IMG/VR virus record: IMGVR_UViG_3300045988_124470
Location: 1 to 59,707 of that record
Reading direction: 5' to 3' (one strand)
Length of the DNA: 59,707 bases
Origin: a virus
The position numbers were made by a program, and so were the translations under genes. Under the pieces are notes generated by a model. That model ran no database searches. It worked only from the letters and a program-made list of their open reading frames with translations, and had not been told where the DNA came from. Each line of letters starts with the position of its first letter. Position 1 is the stretch's first letter. Shown here in pieces: positions 8,558-16,236 of the stretch.

Positions 8558-9259
8558 CTATCTTCGGCTTTTACCTTCAATTTTAACCACATTGAACATC
8601 TCCTTAACCCGGTCGGCAATATAATCCCCATACCGCCCGGAAAACTCCGTGTTCGGGTCAAGATTGGTAGTCATGTGGGTGTAGAAACAATATCTCTGCT
8701 CATAGCGCAGTTGCAAAACGGTCTGAATGGCATTGATGCCTGTACCGAAGTGCTTGGCATCCATTGGCTCCCTACCTACTTCGTCAATGGCAAGATTGTG
8801 CATACATGACCTGTCTGTGTATTGGTTTAACCCGGCAATTCCCTTCTCGGCAAACTGTAAGGCAATCTCGGCAGCGCTGGTAAATTGAAAGGTCAATCCG
8901 GCATCCGCACCACCAATACAATAGCGGGCAATTTTCGCCGCATAATTCTGTAACCCTTTCAGTAAAGTGGATTTGCCTACCCCGATAGAACCGTGTAATA
9001 ACAGTCCCTTATCTAAATCAAGTATTCCAGGCATTCCCCATATCCATTGATAAAGAGCTTTCAACAGTTGGCGGTTGCTGTCATCAATTGTAAAGGTCGG
9101 TGAAATGGATTTCATAGAAATTACAAGTTGGTTGCGCCAGTACATATCAGCCTGTTCCTTGCTCCATTGTTTCTGATTAGCTTTGTTTGCCGAAGACAAT
9201 TGATTTGATACCGGCGGAGCTTTTGTCTGGTTCAGTATCAGGTTTCCGATTCTTTCCAT
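8558..9259 (-). CDS. DnaC/IstB-like AAA+ ATPase (putative helicase loader)
   Basis: Walker A GSIGVGKST, Walker B LAIDEVG; sits directly after the replication-organiser-like gene. The start may be the Met at 9145. Confidence 0.65.
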   Translation of the reverse strand: MERIGNLILNQTKAPPVSNQLSSANKANQKQWSKEQADMYWRNQLVISMKSISPTFTIDDSNRQLLKALYQWIWGMPGILDLDKGLLLHGSIGVGKSTLLKGLQNYAAKIARYCIGGADAGLTFQFTSAAEIALQFAEKGIAGLNQYTDRSCMHNLAIDEVGREPMDAKHFGTGINAIQTVLQLRYEQRYCFYTHMTTNLDPNTEFSGRYGDYIADRVKEMFNVVKIEGKSRR

Positions 9260-9884
9260 AATTTTTTAGTTCAAATAATCCGGAATAGTTGTTTGCAATT
9301 GATTGCTCAACAATACATCTTGCTTTTTGGGGATTGTTGTCACTTAACTCTAATAGATGATTATAGCACATTTTTAGCGACTTGTCAGATTTATAGCTTT
9401 CCCTTCGCTCGCGCTTATATCCAAGCCATTCCCTAAATGCATCTTTAAAACCCTCATCAACAAAAGACAAATCAACTTCCTTGTTTTTGGGAATCGCTTT
9501 CTTATCTCCGTTAGGAGATTCTTTCTCTATATCATTTTCATTATCATTTTCATTAGGCTTGTTTTGGGTTGTTTGGGTTGAATTTAACCCACTGGGTTGT
9601 TTGGGTTGTTTCGATTTTGCGTTGCTATTCCCAATCGGAGCACCACCTTTACGCCCGTTGTTCCGGTTTCTCTCGACAATGCCATGATATTTAGTTTCGT
9701 CTATCTCAAATTGATTGATGAAGAAACCAAATGCCATTTCAATGTCCTCCTCTACCGTAACCTCCTCGCCAAGTTGATACTTGAAAATTGCACGGAATAA
9801 TCGTCCAAGCTGTTTGTCTGATAATCTTGATATAGGTTTGTAGAAAGACTTATATATTATAAAGCTATCTTTTGCCATTGTCAT
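9177..9884 (-). CDS. Putative replication initiation/organiser protein
   Basis: The N-terminus FIIYKSFYKPISRLSDKQLGRLFRAIFKYQLGEE is typical of phage replication proteins (DUF6291-like), followed by a low-complexity linker and a C-terminal domain; sits next to the DnaC-like gene. Confidence 0.4.
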   Translation of the reverse strand: MTMAKDSFIIYKSFYKPISRLSDKQLGRLFRAIFKYQLGEEVTVEEDIEMAFGFFINQFEIDETKYHGIVERNRNNGRKGGAPIGNSNAKSKQPKQPSGLNSTQTTQNKPNENDNENDIEKESPNGDKKAIPKNKEVDLSFVDEGFKDAFREWLGYKRERRESYKSDKSLKMCYNHLLELSDNNPQKARCIVEQSIANNYSGLFELKNYGKNRKPDTEPDKSSAGIKSIVFGKQS

Positions 9885-10234
9885 ACATCTTTCAAATAAT
9901 CGTTTACAACTTTTATAAACTCATCAAGTGACCGGACAACGACATATTTAGCGCCAATACTTTCAAACTCCTTCTGATATTCTTTCTGATGTTCAGATTG
10001 CCTGCCAGTCTTTATCTTCAATTCTATTCCACAAAATGGATAGAACTTGTTGGGGATAAGGAGAATTAAATCGGGGAATCCAGCCCGAACGCCCATTTGC
10101 TTGAATTTTGCGGCTTCAATGGCGTTGCGCTTTCCTCCGTTGGGAACACAAGCAAGCCGTTTCTTCCATTTAGGATATTTCAAGTCCCAATATTTAATTA
10201 TAGATTTTTGGAGATTATCTTCTAAATGTCTCAT
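9881..10234 (-). CDS. VRR-NUC domain nuclease
   Basis: GVRAGFPDLILLIP...GIELKIKTGRQSEHQKEYQKEFESIGAKYVVV matches the PD-(D/E)xK VRR-NUC pattern. Confidence 0.8.
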   Translation of the reverse strand: MRHLEDNLQKSIIKYWDLKYPKWKKRLACVPNGGKRNAIEAAKFKQMGVRAGFPDLILLIPNKFYPFCGIELKIKTGRQSEHQKEYQKEFESIGAKYVVVRSLDEFIKVVNDYLKDV

Positions 10235-10416
10235 ATATACTTTATTTTAAGTTCCACATCCACCGGTTTATCCCTCATCGTGGAGAAAGCATCAAGTATC
10301 CTCTCCTTAGTCAACTGGATAGGTCGGGTTATTATCTCACTTCTTATACGCTCTAACGGTATCTTCTTTCCATCATAGGTAATAAGAACCGCAGAGGTTA
10401 TTACGTAAGGCTTCAT
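10231..10416 (-). CDS. Hypothetical protein (61 aa)
   Basis: ORF track; 4-nt overlaps on both sides. Confidence 0.55.
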   Translation of the reverse strand: MKPYVITSAVLITYDGKKIPLERIRSEIITRPIQLTKERILDAFSTMRDKPVDVELKIKYI

Positions 10417-10577
10417 GTTTTGTAGGATTTCTTTGCCTGCCTTGCAATCTTCTTGTTCAGCTTGCTAAGAGCCTCATACTGTTTGTCGTCACCGCCGATA
10501 TTGTGGATGTCGTGTTTACGGTCTATCACAAGCTTATGAATGATTGCAAGTTCGGATTTGGTTATTGTAAGTTTCAT
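10413..10577 (-). CDS. Hypothetical 54-aa protein (not in the ORF track)
   Basis: Hand translation: MKLTITKSELAIIHKLVIDRKHDIHNIGGDDKQYEALSKLNKKIARQAKKSYKT; ATGA overlap with 10416. Confidence 0.5.
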   Translation of the reverse strand: MKLTITKSELAIIHKLVIDRKHDIHNIGGDDKQYEALSKLNKKIARQAKKSYKT

Positions 10578-10593
10578 GATAAGTTATATTTAG

Positions 10594-10737
10594 TGGGGAG
10601 CTCCGAATCGAACAGAGCACGTTGTTTTGCTGGATGGCAGATGATAATAAACTCATGAATAACTAATACTAATTGGCAATCAAAAAGAATAACCGTCCAA
10701 TACGTTCAACGCTACCATATTCCCCGTTTGCCCGCCA
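10594..10737 (-). ncRNA. tRNA-like element 1 (144 nt, oversized anticodon region)
   Basis: T-arm CUCUG-UUCGAUU-CGGAG. Acceptor UGGCGGG/CUCCCCA has 6 of 7 pairs (one C-C mismatch, one G-U). D-loop contains GG (GGGAAUAUGGUAG). A closing stem CGUUG/CAACG encloses ~83 nt. Confidence 0.4.
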
Positions 10738-10904
10738 TATCTTCACAGACCGGGCAGGCAGGTTAACAAATTGCTCCCGGATAGGCGGTCAAGCCACACC
10801 GGGATAGTTAACTGTTAGCTGATTTCACTTAACCCGAACCTTTCACGGGACTTCTGCGTGGGCAGAGGGCGTTTGGTTAATAATTATAACTATTAGGGAT
10901 ATAA

Positions 10905-11465
10905 TCATTCATCTCCCTCATCAGTATAACAAGGCATGAATAATCCTACGCTACTTATATTTTCTATCATGCTGTAAAATACAATAGGTTTGTTAGTACC
11001 TTTGAACATAGCGGTACACTTGTCGCTTTCATAAAGAGCCTTATTAAGCCGTTGAATAAGTTTCATATCAAAGCTAAACTGCGGCAATGGTACAGACTTC
11101 ATATTAAGCGCATTCTGCAATACTTTTTCTGCATCTGGAAATTTATCAAATTTAGAAAAGTAGAAGAATACCTTATCATCACCTTTACTGCATTCGATCC
11201 CATCTTCCGCAATCATAATATTGTCGTATTTCAACATATCCTTGTATAAGTCGGCATGAAGGAATTTCCCGTTAAGTGCTTCTACCTCGTGTTTTTCCAA
11301 TCCTGATATTTCGGATATTCTGTTTTTAACGAGAATAATGCCATCACTTGCGTATGCAAATCCATCTTTGAAATAGACGCATTGCATTTCTTTTCTCAGT
11401 TCATTTTTTGAGCAAGCCAAGTGCATCTGCACTTTCTTGTCGAAGTTGTTTTTCTGTTCGCTCAT
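10905..11465 (-). CDS. Hypothetical protein (186 aa)
   Basis: ORF track. VYFKDGFAYASDGIILV faintly recalls clamp-like proteins, but this is not supported further. Confidence 0.65.
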   Translation of the reverse strand: MSEQKNNFDKKVQMHLACSKNELRKEMQCVYFKDGFAYASDGIILVKNRISEISGLEKHEVEALNGKFLHADLYKDMLKYDNIMIAEDGIECSKGDDKVFFYFSKFDKFPDAEKVLQNALNMKSVPLPQFSFDMKLIQRLNKALYESDKCTAMFKGTNKPIVFYSMIENISSVGLFMPCYTDEGDE

Positions 11466-11560
11466 AGATTATTCCTCTTTCTTGTTTTCTATTAATCTCA
11501 TTTCCTGCTGTTTCCCTGTAATGAGTTTCACTTTAAGCCATGTGTTCATAATTTTCTATT

Positions 11561-11998
11561 TTAAATAAAAGTTTTGTTTCTGTCTATTTCAATCTCCATT
11601 AATTGCAATAACCTCTCTTCATCAGGGCTTGGCAGATAGACACCGCATTCGGCACTCGCCCAATTACGAAAACGTTCAATGCTCGTCGTCATTTCCGCTG
11701 TATCTAAATCAGTGGAACTACGTAAAACTTCCATTTCTCCCAAAAACTTATCATTAATCCTACGGGTGAATATTGCAGGATTTACTAACTTTTTGTAATA
11801 GTTCTGTTTTACGTATTCCAGCGTGTTCCCCGTCTCACAAGCGAAGAAGCCTAAAAGGGTGTGCAGGTATTTGTTCTGCTGCGTTGTCCTTTTAGGCTTC
11901 TTTTCCGTCAGTTCCACAATGCAACCCTTTGAGAATAGATGGTTACATCGTATTTTGAACTGCTCTTTGTGGAGTGGGTTGGATAGGTCGTATTGCAT
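11561..11998 (-). CDS. NinB/Orf-like recombination mediator
   Basis: KRTTQQNKYLHTLLG (R[ST]xxQNxxLH motif as in lambda NinB) and SSTDLDTAEMTTSIERFRNWASAECGV. Confidence 0.55.
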   Translation of the reverse strand: MQYDLSNPLHKEQFKIRCNHLFSKGCIVELTEKKPKRTTQQNKYLHTLLGFFACETGNTLEYVKQNYYKKLVNPAIFTRRINDKFLGEMEVLRSSTDLDTAEMTTSIERFRNWASAECGVYLPSPDEERLLQLMEIEIDRNKTFI

Positions 11999-12004
11999 AA
12001 TATT

Positions 12005-12304
12005 TTAGAATGGCAAATCATCTTGCGGGGATAATCCCGGAGCTTCCGCAACTTGTTCCGGCGTTGGACTGCTCTGAACAGGCCTATATTCCTTGAAATC
12101 TCCAAAAATATATTGCGTGCCCTCTTTGCGTTCTTCCTGTTTGGGGGCGCACGTAATAAAATGGGTGTGCCCAAACTGTGAAGGCTCCTTGCGTTCGATA
12201 ACCGCCACATTTAAATAAATTCTCTCTTTCCCGTCTTTGCAGACTACTTTCTTCATTTGCTCACGGGGAATGTCACTAAGACAAATGCTTCCTGTTAAAA
12301 TCAT
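12005..12304 (-). CDS. Putative ssDNA-binding protein (SSB-like acidic C-terminal tip)
   Basis: 99 aa ending in ...PQDDLPF, resembling the SSB C-terminal DDDIPF interaction tip; lies in the recombination module. Confidence 0.5.
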   Translation of the reverse strand: MILTGSICLSDIPREQMKKVVCKDGKERIYLNVAVIERKEPSQFGHTHFITCAPKQEERKEGTQYIFGDFKEYRPVQSSPTPEQVAEAPGLSPQDDLPF

Positions 12305-12308
12305 AATG

Positions 12309-13049
12309 CTATTCTATTGTTTCTTTAAGTAAATACTTGGTTAAATCTCTGTGCTCTACCCATTCAAGAAATAAGTAAAGCAGGTTATAATTATCTTGCT
12401 CCATGCCATCGTAGCGATAACATGTTATTGCAGGCTCATAACGTTTCAACGGAATACCTCTGACATCATATCCATGCTTCTCTTTATCATATCCTTCAAA
12501 TATGAACAAATCAAAATGAAATATATCTGCATTGAATAATTGGAGATAAAATTTCCATTGGCAAGAATTTATGTAATCGGCATCAGTGGGATGAGAATAT
12601 TTGGTTTTAATATCTCTTATTTCTATACCATCTATCATATCGGCACATCCTGTTATAATAGCATCTCCAAAATCCTTATATAACCGTATCTCATGGAAGG
12701 CATTCGGATATTCGCCTCGGTAAGCAAGTGCGGTTTTGCATTGCGGAATATCCATAATAACTTTATCGCCTTCTATATCAAATGACCTTCCGCAAGGTAC
12801 AGGTTCTTTTTGTTCTTTACTGTAATATAGAAAGGTGCGTTCCCCAGCGTCAACCTTTTCGCATTTCGGCGCACCCTCTTCTATAATTTTATGGAAAGCC
12901 TTCCCGATTTTCGTATAGAAATTTCCAGTGAAAACACCAGTTATACTGTCAATAACAGACTGCTCTGTTATCTCATAACTGGCGTAATCGCTTTGCTCTA
13001 TGTATTTTCGAAATGCTTCCAGTTGTGTTACCCTTATAAGTGGTTTCAT
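12309..13049 (-). CDS. PD-(D/E)xK (RecB/Cas4-like) exonuclease
   Basis: GCADMIDGIEIRDIKTK (D...D.K) and QWKFY (QxxxY) motifs. Confidence 0.65.
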   Translation of the reverse strand: MKPLIRVTQLEAFRKYIEQSDYASYEITEQSVIDSITGVFTGNFYTKIGKAFHKIIEEGAPKCEKVDAGERTFLYYSKEQKEPVPCGRSFDIEGDKVIMDIPQCKTALAYRGEYPNAFHEIRLYKDFGDAIITGCADMIDGIEIRDIKTKYSHPTDADYINSCQWKFYLQLFNADIFHFDLFIFEGYDKEKHGYDVRGIPLKRYEPAITCYRYDGMEQDNYNLLYLFLEWVEHRDLTKYLLKETIE

Positions 13050-13933
13050 GCTTTAATGAACATTTTTTTATCCTTGTCGAATGCGTATCCTTTTGTAGCA
13101 AGATTTTTTTGCATTTCAGAGAAGAACGGTAATTGCATGATTTTAGGTAGCGTCTTGGTCGCTTCCATTAATGCGATAATATCTTCGTCAGTCATTGCAG
13201 CCGCAAGTTGCTCTCGTATTGCCGCAAGTTGCTCATTAGCTTTTACTTGTGCTTCTCCTTTTCCTTGAATAGATATTTTGACTTTTGAAACGATGTCAGA
13301 CATGCAAGTATCAAATTGGGCTGTGCCATAATCTGGAATCGTAACAGTTTCAAGCCCGGCAACATTTTTCCCTACAAAATTATCTAACGGAGCAAAAGAT
13401 ATACAGCGTTTTCCATTTTGGATAAATACATATCCCACTTGGTCTGCAATTCTAACAAGAAGGTCTTTAGATTGTCCGGTACAATCCGGAGAGTGCTTTA
13501 TCACATCACCGTCTGCTGTTTCTTTATCATGGCAGATAAATATAATATCAGAACCATTTGAACGAAGGAAGTTGACGAACTCTTTAAAATCTTCGCCCAT
13601 CTGTCCGAAGCGTTTTAAAGAATTTGTTTTTAACTTATAGTTATTTTCAATGGCATACTGGCTCAAATAATCGTCAAGCATAGACTTGGCTGTATCAACC
13701 ACAATTGTTTTATAGTCTTTCATTGATTCACGCTCGCTGTCTATGTCTTTCCAGTTTTTAGCCATTATAGTATCGCAACGCTGCACTGCTCGGTCGGCGC
13801 CTCTGTCACAATCAATCAGTAAGGGGGTATCAGCTGTTGTAGCAACACTTGTCTTTCCACTTCCCGGTACTCCATAAAGTACAATAATAACAGGACGTTC
13901 AGGTAGAACGTCGTTCTTTTTTACGATTGGCAT
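13046..13933 (-). CDS. AAA_24/Sak4-like recombination ATPase
   Basis: Walker A LYGVPGSGKTS followed by PLLIDCDRG, typical of the phage AAA_24 family. Confidence 0.65.
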   Translation of the reverse strand: MPIVKKNDVLPERPVIIVLYGVPGSGKTSVATTADTPLLIDCDRGADRAVQRCDTIMAKNWKDIDSERESMKDYKTIVVDTAKSMLDDYLSQYAIENNYKLKTNSLKRFGQMGEDFKEFVNFLRSNGSDIIFICHDKETADGDVIKHSPDCTGQSKDLLVRIADQVGYVFIQNGKRCISFAPLDNFVGKNVAGLETVTIPDYGTAQFDTCMSDIVSKVKISIQGKGEAQVKANEQLAAIREQLAAAMTDEDIIALMEATKTLPKIMQLPFFSEMQKNLATKGYAFDKDKKMFIKA

Positions 13934-13952
13934 AATATAATAAATTTTAAAT

Positions 13953-14138
13953 TTAACAACGTCTTGATAATCCCTGACTAAGGCAGAGGTTTCTTCTTTC
14001 TTCTTCCAGGCTCTCTTCTGTATATCCCAATGAAATACGAGCGGAATATTGTTTCAGCCTTTTATTAGAGGCTTTTCTATCTTCGTTCAAGAGGTTTTCC
14101 TCTTTATTCTTTGAAGACTGTTTCACTTTATTTTCCAT
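13953..14138 (-). CDS. Hypothetical charged protein (61 aa)
   Basis: ORF track. Confidence 0.5.
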   Translation of the reverse strand: MENKVKQSSKNKEENLLNEDRKASNKRLKQYSARISLGYTEESLEEERRNLCLSQGLSRRC

Positions 14139-14251
14139 AAATAATTTTTTTAGACCGCCCGTACAAGGTTAAAGGGAAGCGGTGCGCACTTCGCTTCTCT
14201 CACGGCTTTTAGTACGGTAATAGCTCTGACCTTTTCTGCGGCTGAATTTGG

Positions 14252-14569
14252 TTAAGTAAAATAGTACATCTTGCTGTTCCCAACTCCCAACTTCTTCACT
14301 CTGATAGTTGTAATGAACGGAAAGTCTTTTTTGGAAATCTTGCTTAGGGCTTCTTTAATAGGAGTGGAGTTTGTAAAGAACTTGCATTCCGTACCTTCAT
14401 GTTTTATTTTTACTACATATCTGTCTGAACCATGCTGTGTTTTTACACCCGATTCAAAATCAAGTATTTCAATTTCACAGTTAAGAATATCGGTTATTGA
14501 AACCTGCGGAACTGGAAATATATGTCGGTCTGCATCAATTTCAATTCCTAATTCACTGAATCTTTTCAT
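14252..14569 (-). CDS. Hypothetical protein overlapping the RT stop (possible DGR accessory)
   Basis: Met at 14569 gives 105 aa (MKRFSELGIEIDADRHIFPV...); 17-nt overlap with the RT 3' end; not Avd-like (looks beta-rich). Confidence 0.55.
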   Translation of the reverse strand: MKRFSELGIEIDADRHIFPVPQVSITDILNCEIEILDFESGVKTQHGSDRYVVKIKHEGTECKFFTNSTPIKEALSKISKKDFPFITTIRVKKLGVGNSKMYYFT

Positions 14570-15539
14570 TCTTAATAATCTTTTTAATAAGGTGCTTAGA
14601 ATTACAATGCTTCGCCCAACCCAGCCATGAACAGATTGCCATTTTGTAATCATGCGGGGTTATATTCTTTTTGTTTAATGCAGATACTTTACGGCAAAAG
14701 TTTTTCTTTATGGATTTCCGCATCAATGTATGCGTATGAAAAAATACGTATCCCACGAAATCTATTCCCCTGCTATCTACCGGAAAAATCTGATAGTTGC
14801 CCTTTAATTGCAGGTGCAGTTTCTCATTAAGATATGAGTTGATTTCAAGAAGAATACTGTGTAACTCTTTCTTGCTGCTGGAAAGTATCACCATGTCATC
14901 GGCATATCTGTAATAATATGGCATTCGCTTTTCTTCCTTAATCCAATGGTCGAAATAAGAAAGATATAGATTCGCAAAGAATTGGGAAAGATAGTTACCG
15001 ATAGGAACACCAGGTGCTGAATCTATAATACCATCCAGAAGAGCAAGCACCTTTATGTCTTTTATTTTCTTACGTATGATACGTTTTAGTATGGAGTGGT
15101 CTATTGACGGATAATATTTGCAAATATCCATTTTCAGACAATATTTTGTTCCATCAGCATCTTTCAGGTCTTTCTTCAAATGTTTAACCACTCCATGAAT
15201 GCCTTTTCCTTTGATACAGGAATAAGTGTGTGAAATGAAAATCGGTGTCCATATATCTTCAAGGATGTTCATTATAGCGTGATGCACAACACGGTCACGA
15301 AATGGTAGCCTGTATATCTCACGCTCCTTTGGGTCATGTATAATGAAAGTCGTGTATTGAGAAGTGATATAGCTTCTTTCCGACAATTCTTTGTGCAAGG
15401 AAAGTATGTTGTTATCCAAATCTTTCTCAAACTGAATAACTCCATACGTTTTTCCTTTGCCCTTTTTAGCTTTAGAATAAGCAAGATAAAGATTATCTAT
15501 ATCATAGATGCGATGATATAAATTCCCAAAGCGTTTCAT
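14553..15539 (-). CDS. DGR-type reverse transcriptase
   Basis: RT motifs RDRVVHHAI, LKMDICKYYPSIDH, VPIGNYLSQFFANLYL (the DGR-typical SQ motif B), RYADDMVIL (YxDD), GIDFVGYVF. Confidence 0.9.
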   Translation of the reverse strand: MKRFGNLYHRIYDIDNLYLAYSKAKKGKGKTYGVIQFEKDLDNNILSLHKELSERSYITSQYTTFIIHDPKEREIYRLPFRDRVVHHAIMNILEDIWTPIFISHTYSCIKGKGIHGVVKHLKKDLKDADGTKYCLKMDICKYYPSIDHSILKRIIRKKIKDIKVLALLDGIIDSAPGVPIGNYLSQFFANLYLSYFDHWIKEEKRMPYYYRYADDMVILSSSKKELHSILLEINSYLNEKLHLQLKGNYQIFPVDSRGIDFVGYVFFHTHTLMRKSIKKNFCRKVSALNKKNITPHDYKMAICSWLGWAKHCNSKHLIKKIIKNEKIQ

Positions 15540-15634
15540 AGCCTTTGTTTTCTAATAAGAGTTTTCGGGTTAAACCTACCAACACCGTTTGAATTGTTGT
15601 TTTCCACCAAGAGGTGAGGTTTCTGCCCTTTGAG

Positions 15635-15721
15635 GTTTTACAACATAGGTGAGACCTGCTACCTGCATTCGCATACGCATTATCGTAATTCGAATCGTGG
15701 AAAGCGAAAGAGGAAGGAGAC
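15635..15721 (-). repeat. DGR template repeat (TR)
   Basis: The 74-nt core 15648-15721 matches both VRs except at adenines (coding strand). It has no ATG, contains three AAT codons, and lies 95 nt upstream of the RT. Confidence 0.9.
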
Positions 15722-15744
15722 AAGGGCAGACAACCTTTGTATGC

Positions 15745-16218
15745 TTATCCTATCTGGATGTCTTTCCAAATGTCAATAAATTGTTTTGCCGAATATTCCG
15801 CAAGTTCGCGTGTTTTATAATAAAGGCGAGACCAGCTACCCGCAACCGCACACGCATAACCGAAATACGAAGCGTAGAAAGCGAAAGAGGAAGGAGACAT
15901 AATGAAATAGGGATAATACTTGTTCTCATCCGAGTTATCCCAGTCTGCTTTCCAGCCTTCATTTAGAGCTTCCGTAATAACTTCCATTTTATATAACGCA
16001 ATGAAACGCTTGCGCATGTCTTTGGGCAAATCTGAAAAATCAGGGACATCTTTTCTTCCTGTTTCTTCCATTGCGTCTTCAAACGTTTTGATTCTATCCA
16101 TTACGTTTTGATTGGCAAATATTTCTTTGCCGTATAGATTTTCGAGCATCTGCTTTCCTTTATTGTCCGCTTCTCTCCAAGCCTTTAAAGCGTTCTTTTT
16201 ATATACATTTAAAGTCAT
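15745..16218 (-). CDS. DGR variable (target) protein 1, 157 aa
   Basis: Contains VR1 at about aa 107-132 (SPSSFAFYASYFGYACAVAGSWSRL); paralog of 16237..16713. Confidence 0.85.
   Translation of the reverse strand: MTLNVYKKNALKAWREADNKGKQMLENLYGKEIFANQNVMDRIKTFEDAMEETGRKDVPDFSDLPKDMRKRFIALYKMEVITEALNEGWKADWDNSDENKYYPYFIMSPSSFAFYASYFGYACAVAGSWSRLYYKTRELAEYSAKQFIDIWKDIQIG
15812..15898 (-). repeat. DGR variable repeat 1 (VR1)
   Basis: Core 15825-15898 vs TR: 12 mismatches, 11 at TR adenines and one C->T. Confidence 0.9.
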
Positions 16219-16236
16219 AATTGTAAGTTTATAGGG

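Noticed and set aside
15502-15723. 73-aa ORF (MSPSSFAFHDSNYDNAYANAGSRSH...) in the ORF track
   Set aside because: It is the template repeat read in the same frame as the target genes. It starts with TTG, has no ATG, runs across the spacer into the RT gene, and is the invariant adenine-rich copy. It is treated as the non-coding TR, not a gene.
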